The notes beneath the pieces were generated by a model. It ran no database searches. It had not been told where the DNA came from and worked only from the letters and a program-made list of their open reading frames with translations. A stretch of 64,000 bases of DNA from the human T2T-CHM13v2.0 reference genome, Homo sapiens. Shown here in pieces: positions 13,432 through 25,975 of the stretch. Location: assembly GCF_009914755.1 (NCBI RefSeq), contig NC_060934.1; one strand, written 5' to 3'. Numbering within the stretch: the first letter of the stretch is position 1; each line of letters begins with the position of its first letter. The position numbers and the translations under genes are program-made.

Positions 13432-15323
13432 CTACAAGAGAAGATCCACAAAACAGAAGTTGAAACAGGTGACAGGGAAACCCTCCGACCTGGCCTGGGG
13501 GATAAAAGCATGGAGGATGCTGAGACTTCCTGCCAGGAGGTGGTATAGCACAGCCAATGCAGGGACAGATCCAGCTTGAGTCCTGGCCACACCTCTCACT
13601 AGCTGCAGTGCCTGGGACACATTTTTAACATCTCTGAACCTGCTTCTTTACCTGTAAAATGGGAATCCTATTTTACACCCCAAGGGCTACGGTGAGGATT
13701 AAATGAGCTAGGTAAAGCATTTGCAAGTTCATGGGTACTTAATACATTTAAGCAGTTAGCATTATTTTTGGAAAATTTTAAACTTGTACCTTATTCCCTT
13801 ATTTCGAACTCTGGAAGGCCCATATCCTGGGAGAAGGCTGGCATGGCTGATCCATTCCTATGACCCTGATTCAGACCATTTCAGAAAGAAACTAGGCTTT
13901 AAGGCCTTCAGGGTAGAAATCATGGTCTCTAGCCTTACAGCCCCTGGGCCTAGCTTAGTGTCTGACACATAGTAGTTGCTCAATAAATGTTTTTTGCCTG
14001 TTTTTCACACAGAGCTCCTTGGACTGGTTATCTGAGAGAGAGGCAGTGTCTACTTTTTGCATTTGTAATAGATTCCACTGGCTCCATACTCTTTGCAATG
14101 TATAAGTCTGCAGTGCCTCCCAACCCACCACAACTTGGTTAACCTGCCTGGCTCCTTGGCTCTGGGCTCATCCATGTGATTTGGTCAGCCAGTGGAATGT
14201 TTGCCGATGTGACACAAACCCAGAACTGAAACAGGCCTGTACATTGGGGCATGCCCTCTGTGCTTGTGCCACTGATGTGAAAAGTCCACACCCAGGTCAG
14301 CATGTGCTTCTACAAGGAGGACGAGAGGTACCTGAAGCAGAGCTGCCTCCACTGAGCTGCTGCAGACACAAACACATGCCTGAGACCAAACCAGATCAGC
14401 TGAGCCAGCTGGAATCAGCTGAACCACGAAGACATGTGGGAAACAAATGATTTTTTTTCTAGGATATAGAGGTTAAACTGGTCTGTATACCCTCAAGGAG
14501 GGTAGAAAATAATAGCACACTTAATGAGCCTTCCATTCGCATACTCATGGCAGACATTACTAATTGATCACAGAACTTCTCCTTGCTGAGCCCAAATCTA
14601 GCATTCTTCCTGTATGGGGGCAGCTCTTCAAATCTCTTGGCCCCTATATCTTATTCTAGCCACAGCCATGATGCTGAGCTCCAAGCAGGCTTTGATCAGC
14701 TTCACACAGGCAACTCCACAGCAACTCACTTCAGTCCTGAAAAGTGAGCCTCTCTACTTCTTCCCTAGGGCTTCTCTGGCACCAGGGCAGGGCACTCATG
14801 GGAACCTACTTGGCACCCACAGATGCACAGCCCAGAAGTGTGGGAGTCAATGCCCTGTGAGGCAACCCTTGGCCAATGGGAGATAGAACCCAATGGATAA
14901 ATATTTCCCTTTCCATCTCCCGAGAAGGTTCCTCAAATGCTTTTCATAAGGCTTCCCAGAGGGCCCACACAGGTCCAGCATCTTGTCACCCACAGTGCTG
15001 GCTAGTGCGATCACACACTCTGGTATTGACTCTTTCTCTGTCCACTTTCACCCCAACTTTCTGCTATTTTTGTGTCTTGGGGTCACCCTTCCAAATGAAC
15101 TACCCACGCATAAGCCTTGGTCTCAGGCTCTATTTTAAAGGCATATCAGCCTAAGATGCTCTCAACAAAGTGCTCCAGGCTGCCCCTAATTGATCGCAGC
15201 ATGTTAACTGATCCCAGCTGGCAGGCTGCCATGGAGGTTCAGGCTTGTGTCTAGGCATCGAGACAATGGGCTCACCTCCTTGAAGGTCACTCATCATGCC
15301 CTGGTGCCTGCACTTGGACTTAC

Positions 15324-15477
15324 CTGCCTTCAGCAGGGGCTTGAGGGTGGAGAGCGACCTCATCCTTTGCAGCAAGGAGCCATGCTGGAAGGCCGCCATG
15401 TCCACGGGGGCCGCATCCAGCAGAGGGTCAATGGCTAATGCCAAGCGATGCATGAACTCCTCATATTTGGGAAAGAC
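15324..15477 (-). CDS. PYROXD2: PYROXD2 exon 6 ([21 protein letters not shown]...LLKA)
   Basis: cag|GTC ... G|gtaagt; 154 nt. Confidence 0.96.
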
Positions 15478-15856
15478 CTGGAACAGAGCTCTGCATTAAG
15501 GCCCCACTGTCCACATCCCTGCCCTCCATGCTGTCCCCAGATGGCCTGTCACCCCCCCACAGCTTGACGGTTCCTCAGGCCTCATTCCCCGCTGTGGCCC
15601 AGCTTGGCTCTGTTGAGCTCCCCCAGTTCCAGGTCTCTGGGTTAACATCAACACCAGGAAGAGTGCATGGGGTGGGGTGGTGGTGGTCAGGAGACCCTGG
15701 GCAATAGGAGAATCACTGGGAGTGGTGACAGGGACAAGGAGCTAATGCTGGCTAACACGAAGTGTCACCCACAGAAAACTGGCAACAATCCTAGGGTGTG
15801 GTCTCTGCGATAAATCATGAAACCACTTAGAAGTTTCTTCCTTCTGTCCTTTCTTC

Positions 15857-16159
15857 TTTTTTTTTTTTTTTTTTTTTTGAGATGGAGTCTTGCTCTGTGA
15901 CCCAGGCTGGAGGGCAGTGGTGCGATGTCGGCTCACTGCAACCTCTGCCTCCCAGGTTCAAGTGATTCTCCTGCCTCAGCCTCCTGAGTAGCTGGGATTA
16001 TAGGCACCTGCCACCACGCCCGGCTAATTTTTGTATTTTTAGTAGAGACGGAGTTTCACCATGTTGGCCAGGCTGGTCAAGAACTTCTGACCTCAAGTGA
16101 TCCGCCTGCCTCGGCCTCTCAAAGTGCTGGGATTACAGGCGTGAGCCGCCACGCTGGCC
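15857..16159 (-). mobile_element. Alu (S-type) with TSD CCTTCTGTCCTTTC
   Basis: Alu consensus; flanking direct repeat. Confidence 0.95.
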
Positions 16160-16608
16160 TGTCCTTCTGTCCTTTCCTATATTATTGGTAGAAGTTAGAC
16201 CTCTTTGCCTGTATTCTTTTCCGGTCTGTAGGTCGTCTCCCATGCCGTCTCATCACCTGCAGTCACAGAAGCCTGCCTCCTCTCACCCCACAAGCTCCCA
16301 TGTCAGAATCCACTTTCGAAAGCCTGGTTTCTGACACCCACCCTCCTTTCCCTGGAGGGCACAGGAGCAGTGATAGAAGCCTGTGCTACTGGAGGCCCTA
16401 CCTGACTCTTCTTAGCCCTGGACTTTGAATTTTGGTCCATCTCTACCCATGGATATACCCATGGCATTTTAATAAGTGTTACATAAAGAAAAGTTCCATG
16501 TTAAAATACATTCGAGAAGTCTTATTAAAAATGAAGTTAAACAGCTTTCTCTAAGCAGGCCTTTAATATGACAGCATGGAAAGACAAAACCAGAAATCAA
16601 GCTCCTCA

Positions 16609-17237
<629 letters not shown>

Positions 17238-18079
17238 CTAAGTTTTACCCAGCAATAGATTAACACAACAAAAGCAATGTACATGGGTTCTATTAACCTA
17301 GGTTCTTCTTATAAAAATGTCTCCACTGAGATATGATTTAATGCTACATCTCAGCTAATATCCAGGCTTGGTACAAAATGGCCATTCAAATAATCTTTCT
17401 ATATCCACAGAACCAACTGTGGCAGGGCCCTTACGGAACTCAGTGGCTCATCTAGACAAGGCCACCCAGCAGGTTCCTAGAATGCAGTTCCAAGGGAAAA
17501 AAGTGCATTCTCCATCCGACATGTGTTCATCCTGTCACCAGACCTGCACACCATCATGGACACTTTGTTGCCTTGGGCAGCCAGGAGGGAGCCTTGGGAT
17601 GCCACACTGAATAAATATTTAGAACTCTCCTGTCCTAAGTTCCTGATTCAGTTTATTTATCCTTAATTTTCTCTGATCTTCCCTCATCCTCCTTTTTGGC
17701 TTTCATGTGCTTTAATGTGGACAAACACCTGGAACTCTGCCTGAAAGCTGGAGGGGCATGAAGCACACGCCAGTGTAAGAACGTGCCAGTGCATTTCCTC
17801 TTGAACTCAGCAGGCACAGCCCCTCTGACAGTGGCCCCATACTGAACACACGCAGGTGAGCAGGCCTCCCAGTCCACTGGTCTTAATCAGCATCCTCCAC
17901 CCGCTTCTCTTCGCAGTGCCTGAGATCAAGAGCTGCCACCAACTGGAGCCCTCCTAGGAACGTGGGGTGGCCTGGCGCAGTGTCCATGGCCTTTGAACAA
18001 TTGTTCTAGGACAATCCAACCAGGCCCATCTCTAGGCTGCTGAGGGAGCAGGAGCTCAGTCACTGGTCGCCTTCCCTAC

Positions 18080-18235
18080 CTGGGCATCCTTCTGGGAGAA
18101 CTGGGCGATCTGCTTCTGGTTTTCTGCCATGTCTGTGCCCAGCAGAAGGCACCTGGGCACCTTGCTGCCTGCACCCTCTTCCAGCATGGGGGTGAAGGAG
18201 TAGGGGTTTCGAAGATGAAGCCTCAGCCCATGTTT
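18080..18235 (-). CDS. PYROXD2: PYROXD2 exon 5 ([16 protein letters not shown]...SQKDAQ)
   Basis: cag|AAA ... CAG|gtaggg; 156 nt. Confidence 0.96.
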
Positions 18236-18424
18236 CTGCAAAACACAAATAGCATGGGCCACATATTAATGGCTCTGTGGTCTCTGCCCATCATCTTTCT
18301 CCGATTGTGTTTGTGTGACCATTTAGGTACCTGTGTGTAGGTTCCCAAGTGTATGGTCCTGGTGTCTGTTTTTTAAATATAAGTTTATAAAAAGCCCTCT
18401 TGCCCAAGTACCCTATGGTAGACG

Positions 18425-18670
18425 ATACTGTATCACATCGCAGTACACTATACCATTCTACACCATACCATACATACCACACATACCATGCCATACACCA
18501 CGCCATGCCATGCCACATCATACCATACCACACTACATCACATCACACCACACACACCATGTCATACCACACCCTACCACACCATGTGATACCATACCAT
18601 GCCATATCACACCACACTATGCCATGCCATGTCATACCACATCACAGCATGACACACTCATTCCATGCCA
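18425..18670. repeat. Degenerate pentamer satellite (CCATA/CCATG/CACAT)n
   Basis: Directly visible. Confidence 0.9.
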
Positions 18671-18720
18671 GGGACTGTACTAGGGTTTACAATGGTTACC
18701 TCACAATAACTTTGTAAGTA

Positions 18721-20174
18721 CAGTCTTGCATCACTTAACGATGGGGATATGTTCTGAGAAATGCATTGCTAGACAATTTCATCACAGTTTGAGCATCACA
18801 GAGTGTACCTACACAAAACTAGATCTGATAGCCTACCACACATAGGCTGTGGGGTGTAGCCTGTTGCTGCAAACCTGCACAGAATGTTACTGCACTGAAT
18901 ACTGGAGGCAACTGTAATCCAATGGTATTTGGGTATCTAAACATGTCTAGGCTGGGCACAGTGGCTCGTGACTGTAATCCCAGCACTTTGGGAGTCCAAG
19001 GCGGGCAGATCAGCGAGGTCAGGAGTTCGAGACCAGCCTGGCCAATATGGTGAAACCCCGTCTCTAGTAAGAATACAAAAATTAGCCGGGCATGGTGGCA
19101 CGCACCTGTAGTCCCAACTACTCGGAAGGCTGAGGCAGGAGAATTGCTCGAACCTGGAAGGCAGAGGTTGCAGTGAGGCAAGATTGCCGCCACTGCACTC
19201 CAGCCTGGGTGACAAAGCAAGACTCTGTCTCAAAAAAAAAAAAACAAAAAAAAACAAACATAGAAAAGGTACATTAAGAATATGGCATAAAAGGTAAGAA
19301 AAATGATACTGTATAGAGCCCTCATGATGAATGGAGCCTACAGGACTGGAAGTTGCTCTGGGCGAGTGAGTGGTGAGTGACTGAAGGCCCAGCACATTGC
19401 TGTACACTACTGCACACTTTATAAATATAGTACACGTAGGCTACACTACATTTATTAAAAAATTTTCTTCAGTAGGTTAGCTTACTGCAAACTTTTAAAC
19501 TTTATAAACATTTTAATTTTTAAAACCTTTTTGATTCTCTTAAAAAGACACTTGGCTTAAAACACAAACATTGTACAGCTATATAAAATATTTTCTTTAT
19601 ATCCTCATTCTATAAGCTTTTTTCTGTTTTTAAAATTTTTTATTTTTATTTTTTACTTTATAACCTTTTTTCGCTAAAAAGTAAAATGCAAACACACACA
19701 TCAGCCTAGGCCTACACGGGGTCAGGATCATCAATGTCACTGACTTCCACCTCTACATCCTGCCCCACTGCAGGGTCTTCAGGGACAGTAACACGTGGCA
19801 CTGTCATCTCCTAGAGAGCAATGCCTTTTGCTGGATACCTCCTGACAGACCTGCCTGAGGCTGTTTGACAGTGAATTTTTTAAATAAGGAAAAGGAATAC
19901 TCTCTAAAATAATAATAAAAGTATAGTATAATAAATACATTAGCCAGTGACAAAGTCATTTACTATCAAGTATTATGTACTGTATATAATTATATGTACT
20001 AGACTTTTTGACAACTGGCCACACAGTAGGCTTATCACCACAAACACATGAATAATATGTTGCAGTGCAACTATGGCATCGCTAGGGGACGGGAATTTTT
20101 TCAGCTCCATTGTAAGCTTATGGGACCACCACTGTATATAGTCTATCGTTGACCAACATGGTGGCACATGGCTG
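18721..20174 (+). mobile_element. Tigger3b-like (TcMar) DNA transposon with an Alu inserted at about 18949-19258
   Basis: ta|cagtcttgcatcacttaacgatggggatatgttctgagaaatgc terminus and ...gcacatggctg terminus. Confidence 0.8.
18949..19258 (+). mobile_element. Alu (S-type)
   Basis: Alu consensus with A-rich tail. Confidence 0.95.
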
Positions 20175-22030
20175 TCTTATTATCCTCATTGTACAAAAGC
20201 AACACGAGAGGCTCATAGGAGTTAAATAATTTGTCCCAGGTCACTTTAGGAGGTAGGTCTGGGTTTCAAAACCACAGCTCTGTAACTGCAAAGCCCCAGC
20301 TCTCAGCACCGGTCTGTAACTGCCCCACTTCAGAAATAAATAATTAAATTTAGAAAGACACAATCAAGCAATGGTTATGTGAAAATCTATACTTACAAGG
20401 TAGATAAATTATTCACATCAGAACATTTTATTTACTTTGCAGACTCATTTACTCCAGGGTCACTTTAAATGGAAGTTTCTTTGATGCATTTAAAATATGA
20501 TTTGATTTACAAATATTTGATTAGCACACAGAATTTTCCAAGAGCACATCCACTTCTTCAAAGCAGGCACAGATAAAACAAAAGGGGCCTGTGCCGCCTC
20601 CAGTTTCTGCTGTCGAGAGGCTTCCTTCTCCAGATCCGTGGCCTGCAACCTCACGACTCGAGGTCTTGGCTGGAATGCCACCTTATCAGCCAGGCCTCCC
20701 CCGCACTCCCTGCCCCCTCACCCTGCAATATTTTTCTCCAAAGCACTTGTCAGCACATGGCTAATCACATATTTAGTGTTTTCATTGTCTCCCCAAGTAG
20801 AATGTAAGCCCTGTGAAGTCAGGGGCATTGTCTGTTTTGTTCACCGCTGTACCCTCCGCGTGTAGACACAGTGTAGTTAATAAGCATTCCGTCGACTCTG
20901 AATAAATGAATGCTAGGTTGCAGACAAGGTATGGCCCCAGAGGAGAGAAATGAGATCGGAGAGTAGACGTTTTAGAAAAGCACGAGGAAACCAAAAACAG
21001 GCTTTTCCAACAATTACCGCTGGAGTTGCTCCACACTGGAGATGCTCCAGGCGGGCAGGCTCGCCGCAGCTCTGGACACTCTGTGGAGGAGATTTCCGAT
21101 GCTGGCGGGGGCCGGGGCCAGGAGACGGCTGGGGTCCCTCCTATCCCTAAGATGGAGACATTCTTTATTCTAAGCTAGAGAAACTTCCAGCTTCGTTCTT
21201 CTTAATGTAGTAAACTCACTCATACCCAGGAGGCATCCTTAGTCTCTCTCCTGGTCATCCTTGACATCCCATCCGCTGCCTCCAGAATCTGTGCGCGTCT
21301 CTCCAAGCCGCCATTTTGGGAACCGCTGCAGCGGCGGCCTAGTGCTCCACATGCGACCCCCTCCTGTTTCCTCCGAGTCCTCACCAGCCAGCAGGTGGGC
21401 TGACCTTTGTAAAGTCACAAATCCTAGCAGTGAACTTCCTGATCACACACCTCACTGGCTTCTCGCTGCACTTGGATAAAATGCAGTCCTGCCCCTCCCA
21501 CCCCCATCTGGTGCTCTCTGCCTGTCTGCTCTGTCCACACTGACCTGCCCTCTGCTCACGCCTGCCTGGGTGGGTCCTTCTCTTCTTCCCTCTGACTGGA
21601 GACTGCTTAGATGTCCACATGGCTGCTGCTGGTGACCTCTTGGTACCTGAATACCAGCTCAAATGTCACCTCCTTGAGGAAGATGTCCTTCCTGGTCACC
21701 ATCTAGGCTGGAATCTCCACTCTCTTTCTCTAATGCTGCCTTCTTTTCTTTTCTTCTTGGCACTCTCCCTGAAGTTCTCTGCCTAAGAGCAGTGTCCTTG
21801 CCTTCCTAGTTCACTGCCGTACACCCAAGGGCTTCTCTCAGTGCCTGGCACATAGCAGGTGCTCAGAAACATGGACTGAATGAACGAATAAACCCTCCAA
21901 ATCAGGGACCTAAGAGGAATCCAAAAGTTATTTTAAGTATAACTAATTGACTATGAATCACTTTTCATTTGATTCATAATGAAACCTAAATGGAGGCTCT
22001 TCTAAATGGAGGCTCTGTCATTCTTAATGG

Positions 22031-22431
22031 TGTTAAATCAAATTTAGCTTAAAGCTGCCTCCTTAAATACTTTAAGCTCAACCTAAAGGTTTCTCTGTTC
22101 CTAGTGAACTATAACCTAGAAGGAGGCGTAAACAGACTGTAACCTACTTCTGTGTCAATCGCCGAGTTTTGGCCAATCAAAGGGGACCAACTGTTTAAAC
22201 TGCGTTCAAATAAGGCAAACACTGAGCTGTAACCAATCCAGCTGTTTCTGTACCTCAATTCCATTTTCTGTACATCACTTTTCACTTTCTGTCTATAAAT
22301 CTTCTTCTACCATGGAGCTGTGCTGGAGACTGTGAGCATACTCCAGCTCGGGAGCCTGATTCATTTATGAATCATTCTTTGCCCAATTAAACTCTATTAA
22401 ATTTAATTTAGTGAAGGTTTTTCTTTTAACA
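22031..22431 (+). mobile_element. MER57-like ERV1 solo LTR
   Basis: TG...CA ends, about 400 bp, CCAAT boxes, TATAAA and ATTAAA; tgcgttcaaataaggcaaacactgagctgtaaccaatcc motif. Confidence 0.7.
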
Positions 22432-24588
22432 ATAGGTTTAATTATGTGGAGTCTGAATGAGAAGGGGAATGTTAAATAACCATCAGATTATATCCACAAG
22501 ATTTGTTCGGATTATGAAGCTTTTTTCTTAAAAAACAGAAAAAAAACCCAAAAAAACAAAATGAAAGCAAACCCTTCTTTTATTTACCCCATGAGAGTTC
22601 TCAGCATGCACAGTCATCCTGGGTGGAAATTGTTGGAAAGGGTGTGTGTGTGTGAAGGGTGTATCTGTGTGTGTGTCTAAAGGACCAGAGATACAAGAGA
22701 TTTAAAGGGTGTGGTTCTCAAAGTTATGTTCTGGGGGCCTCCTCTTTCAGAATGACCTGAGAATGCCATAAAAACGACCGTTTCTGGGCCCCACCACTGC
22801 CACAGAATCAGACTCGTGAGCAAGAACCCCTGGGGTTTCCCCAGCAGTTTCCCCAGCAGTTTCCCAGGTCATACTTTGTGGCCCTGCAAATTAGAGCCCT
22901 ACCTTAGAGAGATTTCCAGGAGAAAAGCAAGAGCAAAATGAATAAGGCTGAGTGAGACCCAGAAGGTCAGTGAGGGAGGGGAGGGAGGATGGGATTGCCT
23001 CTGGCAGTGAGGTCAAGGCTGGCCCAGGGGGAGATGGGGAAGGTGGCTTATGGCTGAAGGGGATGAAAAGCCCCCCTCCACACCCCCTTCTCCACCAGTG
23101 CAAAGGCTCTGCCCTTCCAGCCTGGATTCCATCATCCAGCGCAGGGCCGCTGCAAAAGCAAACTCATTTACTAGGTGGATGGAACCGGGAGGTGATCCAA
23201 GTCAGTGCTCGCATTGACAGCTGTGGAAACTAACACCCAGGAAGGGGAGGCAGGCCCTGGTGGGGACCACAGCGGGTCAGTGGAGGGTGCTTTGGCTCAA
23301 GGAGGGGAGGAGGGGCAGTGGTGCCAAAGCCAAGCCTCTCACTTTAGTTGAGGGCTCACTCTAATTGGATACAGCCTTATAAGTGGCAGGGTGGGTGAGT
23401 AGTCTCCAGCCATGGGTCTTTCTGGAGCCTCAGTTTTCTCAAGTGCCAAATGGGGGTAATAATAATAGCGACAAGTACTGAGCCCTCTGTGCACCAGGCA
23501 CTGTGCTGATGTGGCCTTAGGAGGCAGCTGCTGTTACTATTCCCTCTTACAGATGAGGAAAAGAAGGCACCACGTGGTGAAATCACGCAGCTGGTGAGCT
23601 GTGGAGCAGGGAGGCAGACGCAGCCGGCCGGTTTCCAGCAGCTCCAGTCTCAGCCTCTGTGCACACTGCGCTGGAGCTGCCAGGGGCACTCTATCACCAC
23701 GTTCACCGCAAAGTACCAAGAGCCAGAGACGTGTGAGTCTGGGCGGTATTGGTACCAAGAGGCCTGAGCGCATCATAGCTCAAGAACAAGGAGTAGGAGA
23801 CAGTCAGGCCTTGGCTTGAATTCTCCATCACTTTCTAGCTGTGTGAATTTAACCCCTGAACTTTAGTTCCCTGATTATAACATGGCTCTTGACTTACAGG
23901 TAAGGATCAATTGAGATAGAACATTAAGGTCATAGCCCAAGATGTGATGCTGGTAAAATAAACGCTCTCCATTATAGTTTTGGAAAGACAATATTCCTGG
24001 AAGGAGTTTAGTTGTCCTCCTGTCAATGCCCTCCAGGCTGTCAATGTCCTGTTAAAACAAGGTGCTCCAGATGGGGTGAGTCCTGCGTATCACACAACAG
24101 GACTGCTTTCTCCCTGCTCTGAGCTCCATACTCCTATTACTGCAGCCCAAGGCAGAGGTTAAAGCATCTACTCAGTTCACTTGGGAGCTTCTAGTTCAAG
24201 GAACACTATGACAAATATCATTTCAAATAAGTAACGTTTTTTAAAGAAAGAGAATAATCAAGTGAAAATGTCCATTCTGTGATTCTTAGTCTCTTAAATC
24301 AGGTTTGCCAAAAGGAGGGTCCCTGCTCCCCAACATCTGCCACTATGAATAAGTGGTGCATTTATAAACTGCCTGCTGCTATGGTCTGCTCTGGACTGGA
24401 GACCAGCGACCCATCCCCAGGCCTGGCTAGATTTCATCCAGTCCTGGTACCAGGATGCACATACTCTGTTTCAGTGGCTTGAAGAACTCTCTACATGAAC
24501 CAGTTAGAGCAGCCAAAGAGCTGTGAACAACAGCTGGACATCTTACTAGTTTAAAATTTTGAATTTAGAGCAAAGATGGCACCAACGT

Positions 24589-25080
<492 letters not shown>

Positions 25081-25559
25081 TCAGCAGACTAAGAGAGGCA
25101 AACAGCGCCAGATGAGACTCCCAGGAACCTTCCAAAAAGCCCGGGAGCCAGAAAAGTCCCCAGGCCCCACTTCCTGCTCCAGCTGCCAAGAGAGGGAAGC
25201 AGCTCTCAAGTTCAATGAGGGCAGAAATCGGGCTCATGTCCCAAGGCAGCTGTAAGCTCAGGCGCCCAAGGCTTCAGATAGGTGTCCCACGTGGGCCTGA
25301 GGGTGAAAAAGCTCATTCTTCAAAAGAAGTCTGATTTTTGGATGAAATTTCCCACTTTTCAAGACACTACATGGACGAGACAAAACCCATCTGTGGGAAT
25401 GCAGCAGGGAGACCACGTGGGATACACAAGACTTGGGTGGAAGAGGGAGCCCTCAGGGGCGGGCATCACCTCGGGCACAGAACAGGGACCCCCCACACAG
25501 GTTGGGAAGATGGAACTGCCTCCTCCCTCCGTGCAATCGGGCCGGCGGGGGGGCCCTAC

Positions 25560-25633
25560 CTTCAGCTCCAGATCAGTGTAAATCTGCGGCCTCAGCAGGC
25601 TGAGCAGGTAGGACGCGCGGGAGAACTTAAACC
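25560..25633 (-). CDS. PYROXD2: PYROXD2 exon 4 ([24 protein letters not shown])
   Basis: cag|GG ... AAG|gtaggg; 74 nt. Confidence 0.96.
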
Positions 25634-25647
25634 CTGAAACCGAATCC

Positions 25648-25846
25648 GATGAAGACTGTCACCAGGGGTCACCAGGGATGAGGACCGTCACCAGGGGTCA
25701 GCAGGGATGGAGACCGTCACCAGGGGTCAGCAGGGATGGAGACCGTCACCCGGGGTCAGCAGGGATGGAGACCGTCACCCGGGGTCAGCAGGGATGGAGA
25801 CCGTCACCCGGGGTCAGCAGGGATGGAGACTGTCACCCTGAGTCAC
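25648..25846. repeat. 29-bp minisatellite, about 6.8 copies (GATGGAGACCGTCACC[A/C]GGGGTCAGCAGG)
   Basis: Directly visible tandem units at 25648, 25677, 25706, 25735, 25764, 25793 and a partial unit at 25822. Confidence 0.95.
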
Positions 25847-25881
25847 TGCCCTCCACTCCCCCATGCCACATCAGAGCTCAC

Positions 25882-25975
25882 CTGGGATGATCTCCTCAGT
25901 GACAGCTGCACCCCCGATCACATGGCGCCTCTCGAAGACGGCGGTGTTCACCCCCAGTCTCTGCAGGTACGCTGC
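25882..25975 (-). CDS. PYROXD2: PYROXD2 exon 3 ([31 protein letters not shown])
   Basis: cag|GCA ... G|gtgagc; 94 nt; ERxxxxGG motif of FAD oxidoreductases. Confidence 0.96.

Noticed and set aside
18291-18717. His/Pro/Tyr-rich and Trp-rich ORFs
   Set aside because: Translation artefacts of the pentamer satellite
22832-22868. NF-kB-like GGGGTTTCCC followed by a 12-bp triplication
   Set aside because: Short motif in a slippage repeat; expected by chance in 64 kb
25648-25846. 29-bp repeats superficially resembling a CRISPR array
   Set aside because: Head-to-tail units with no unique spacers, in a human intron; this is a minisatellite
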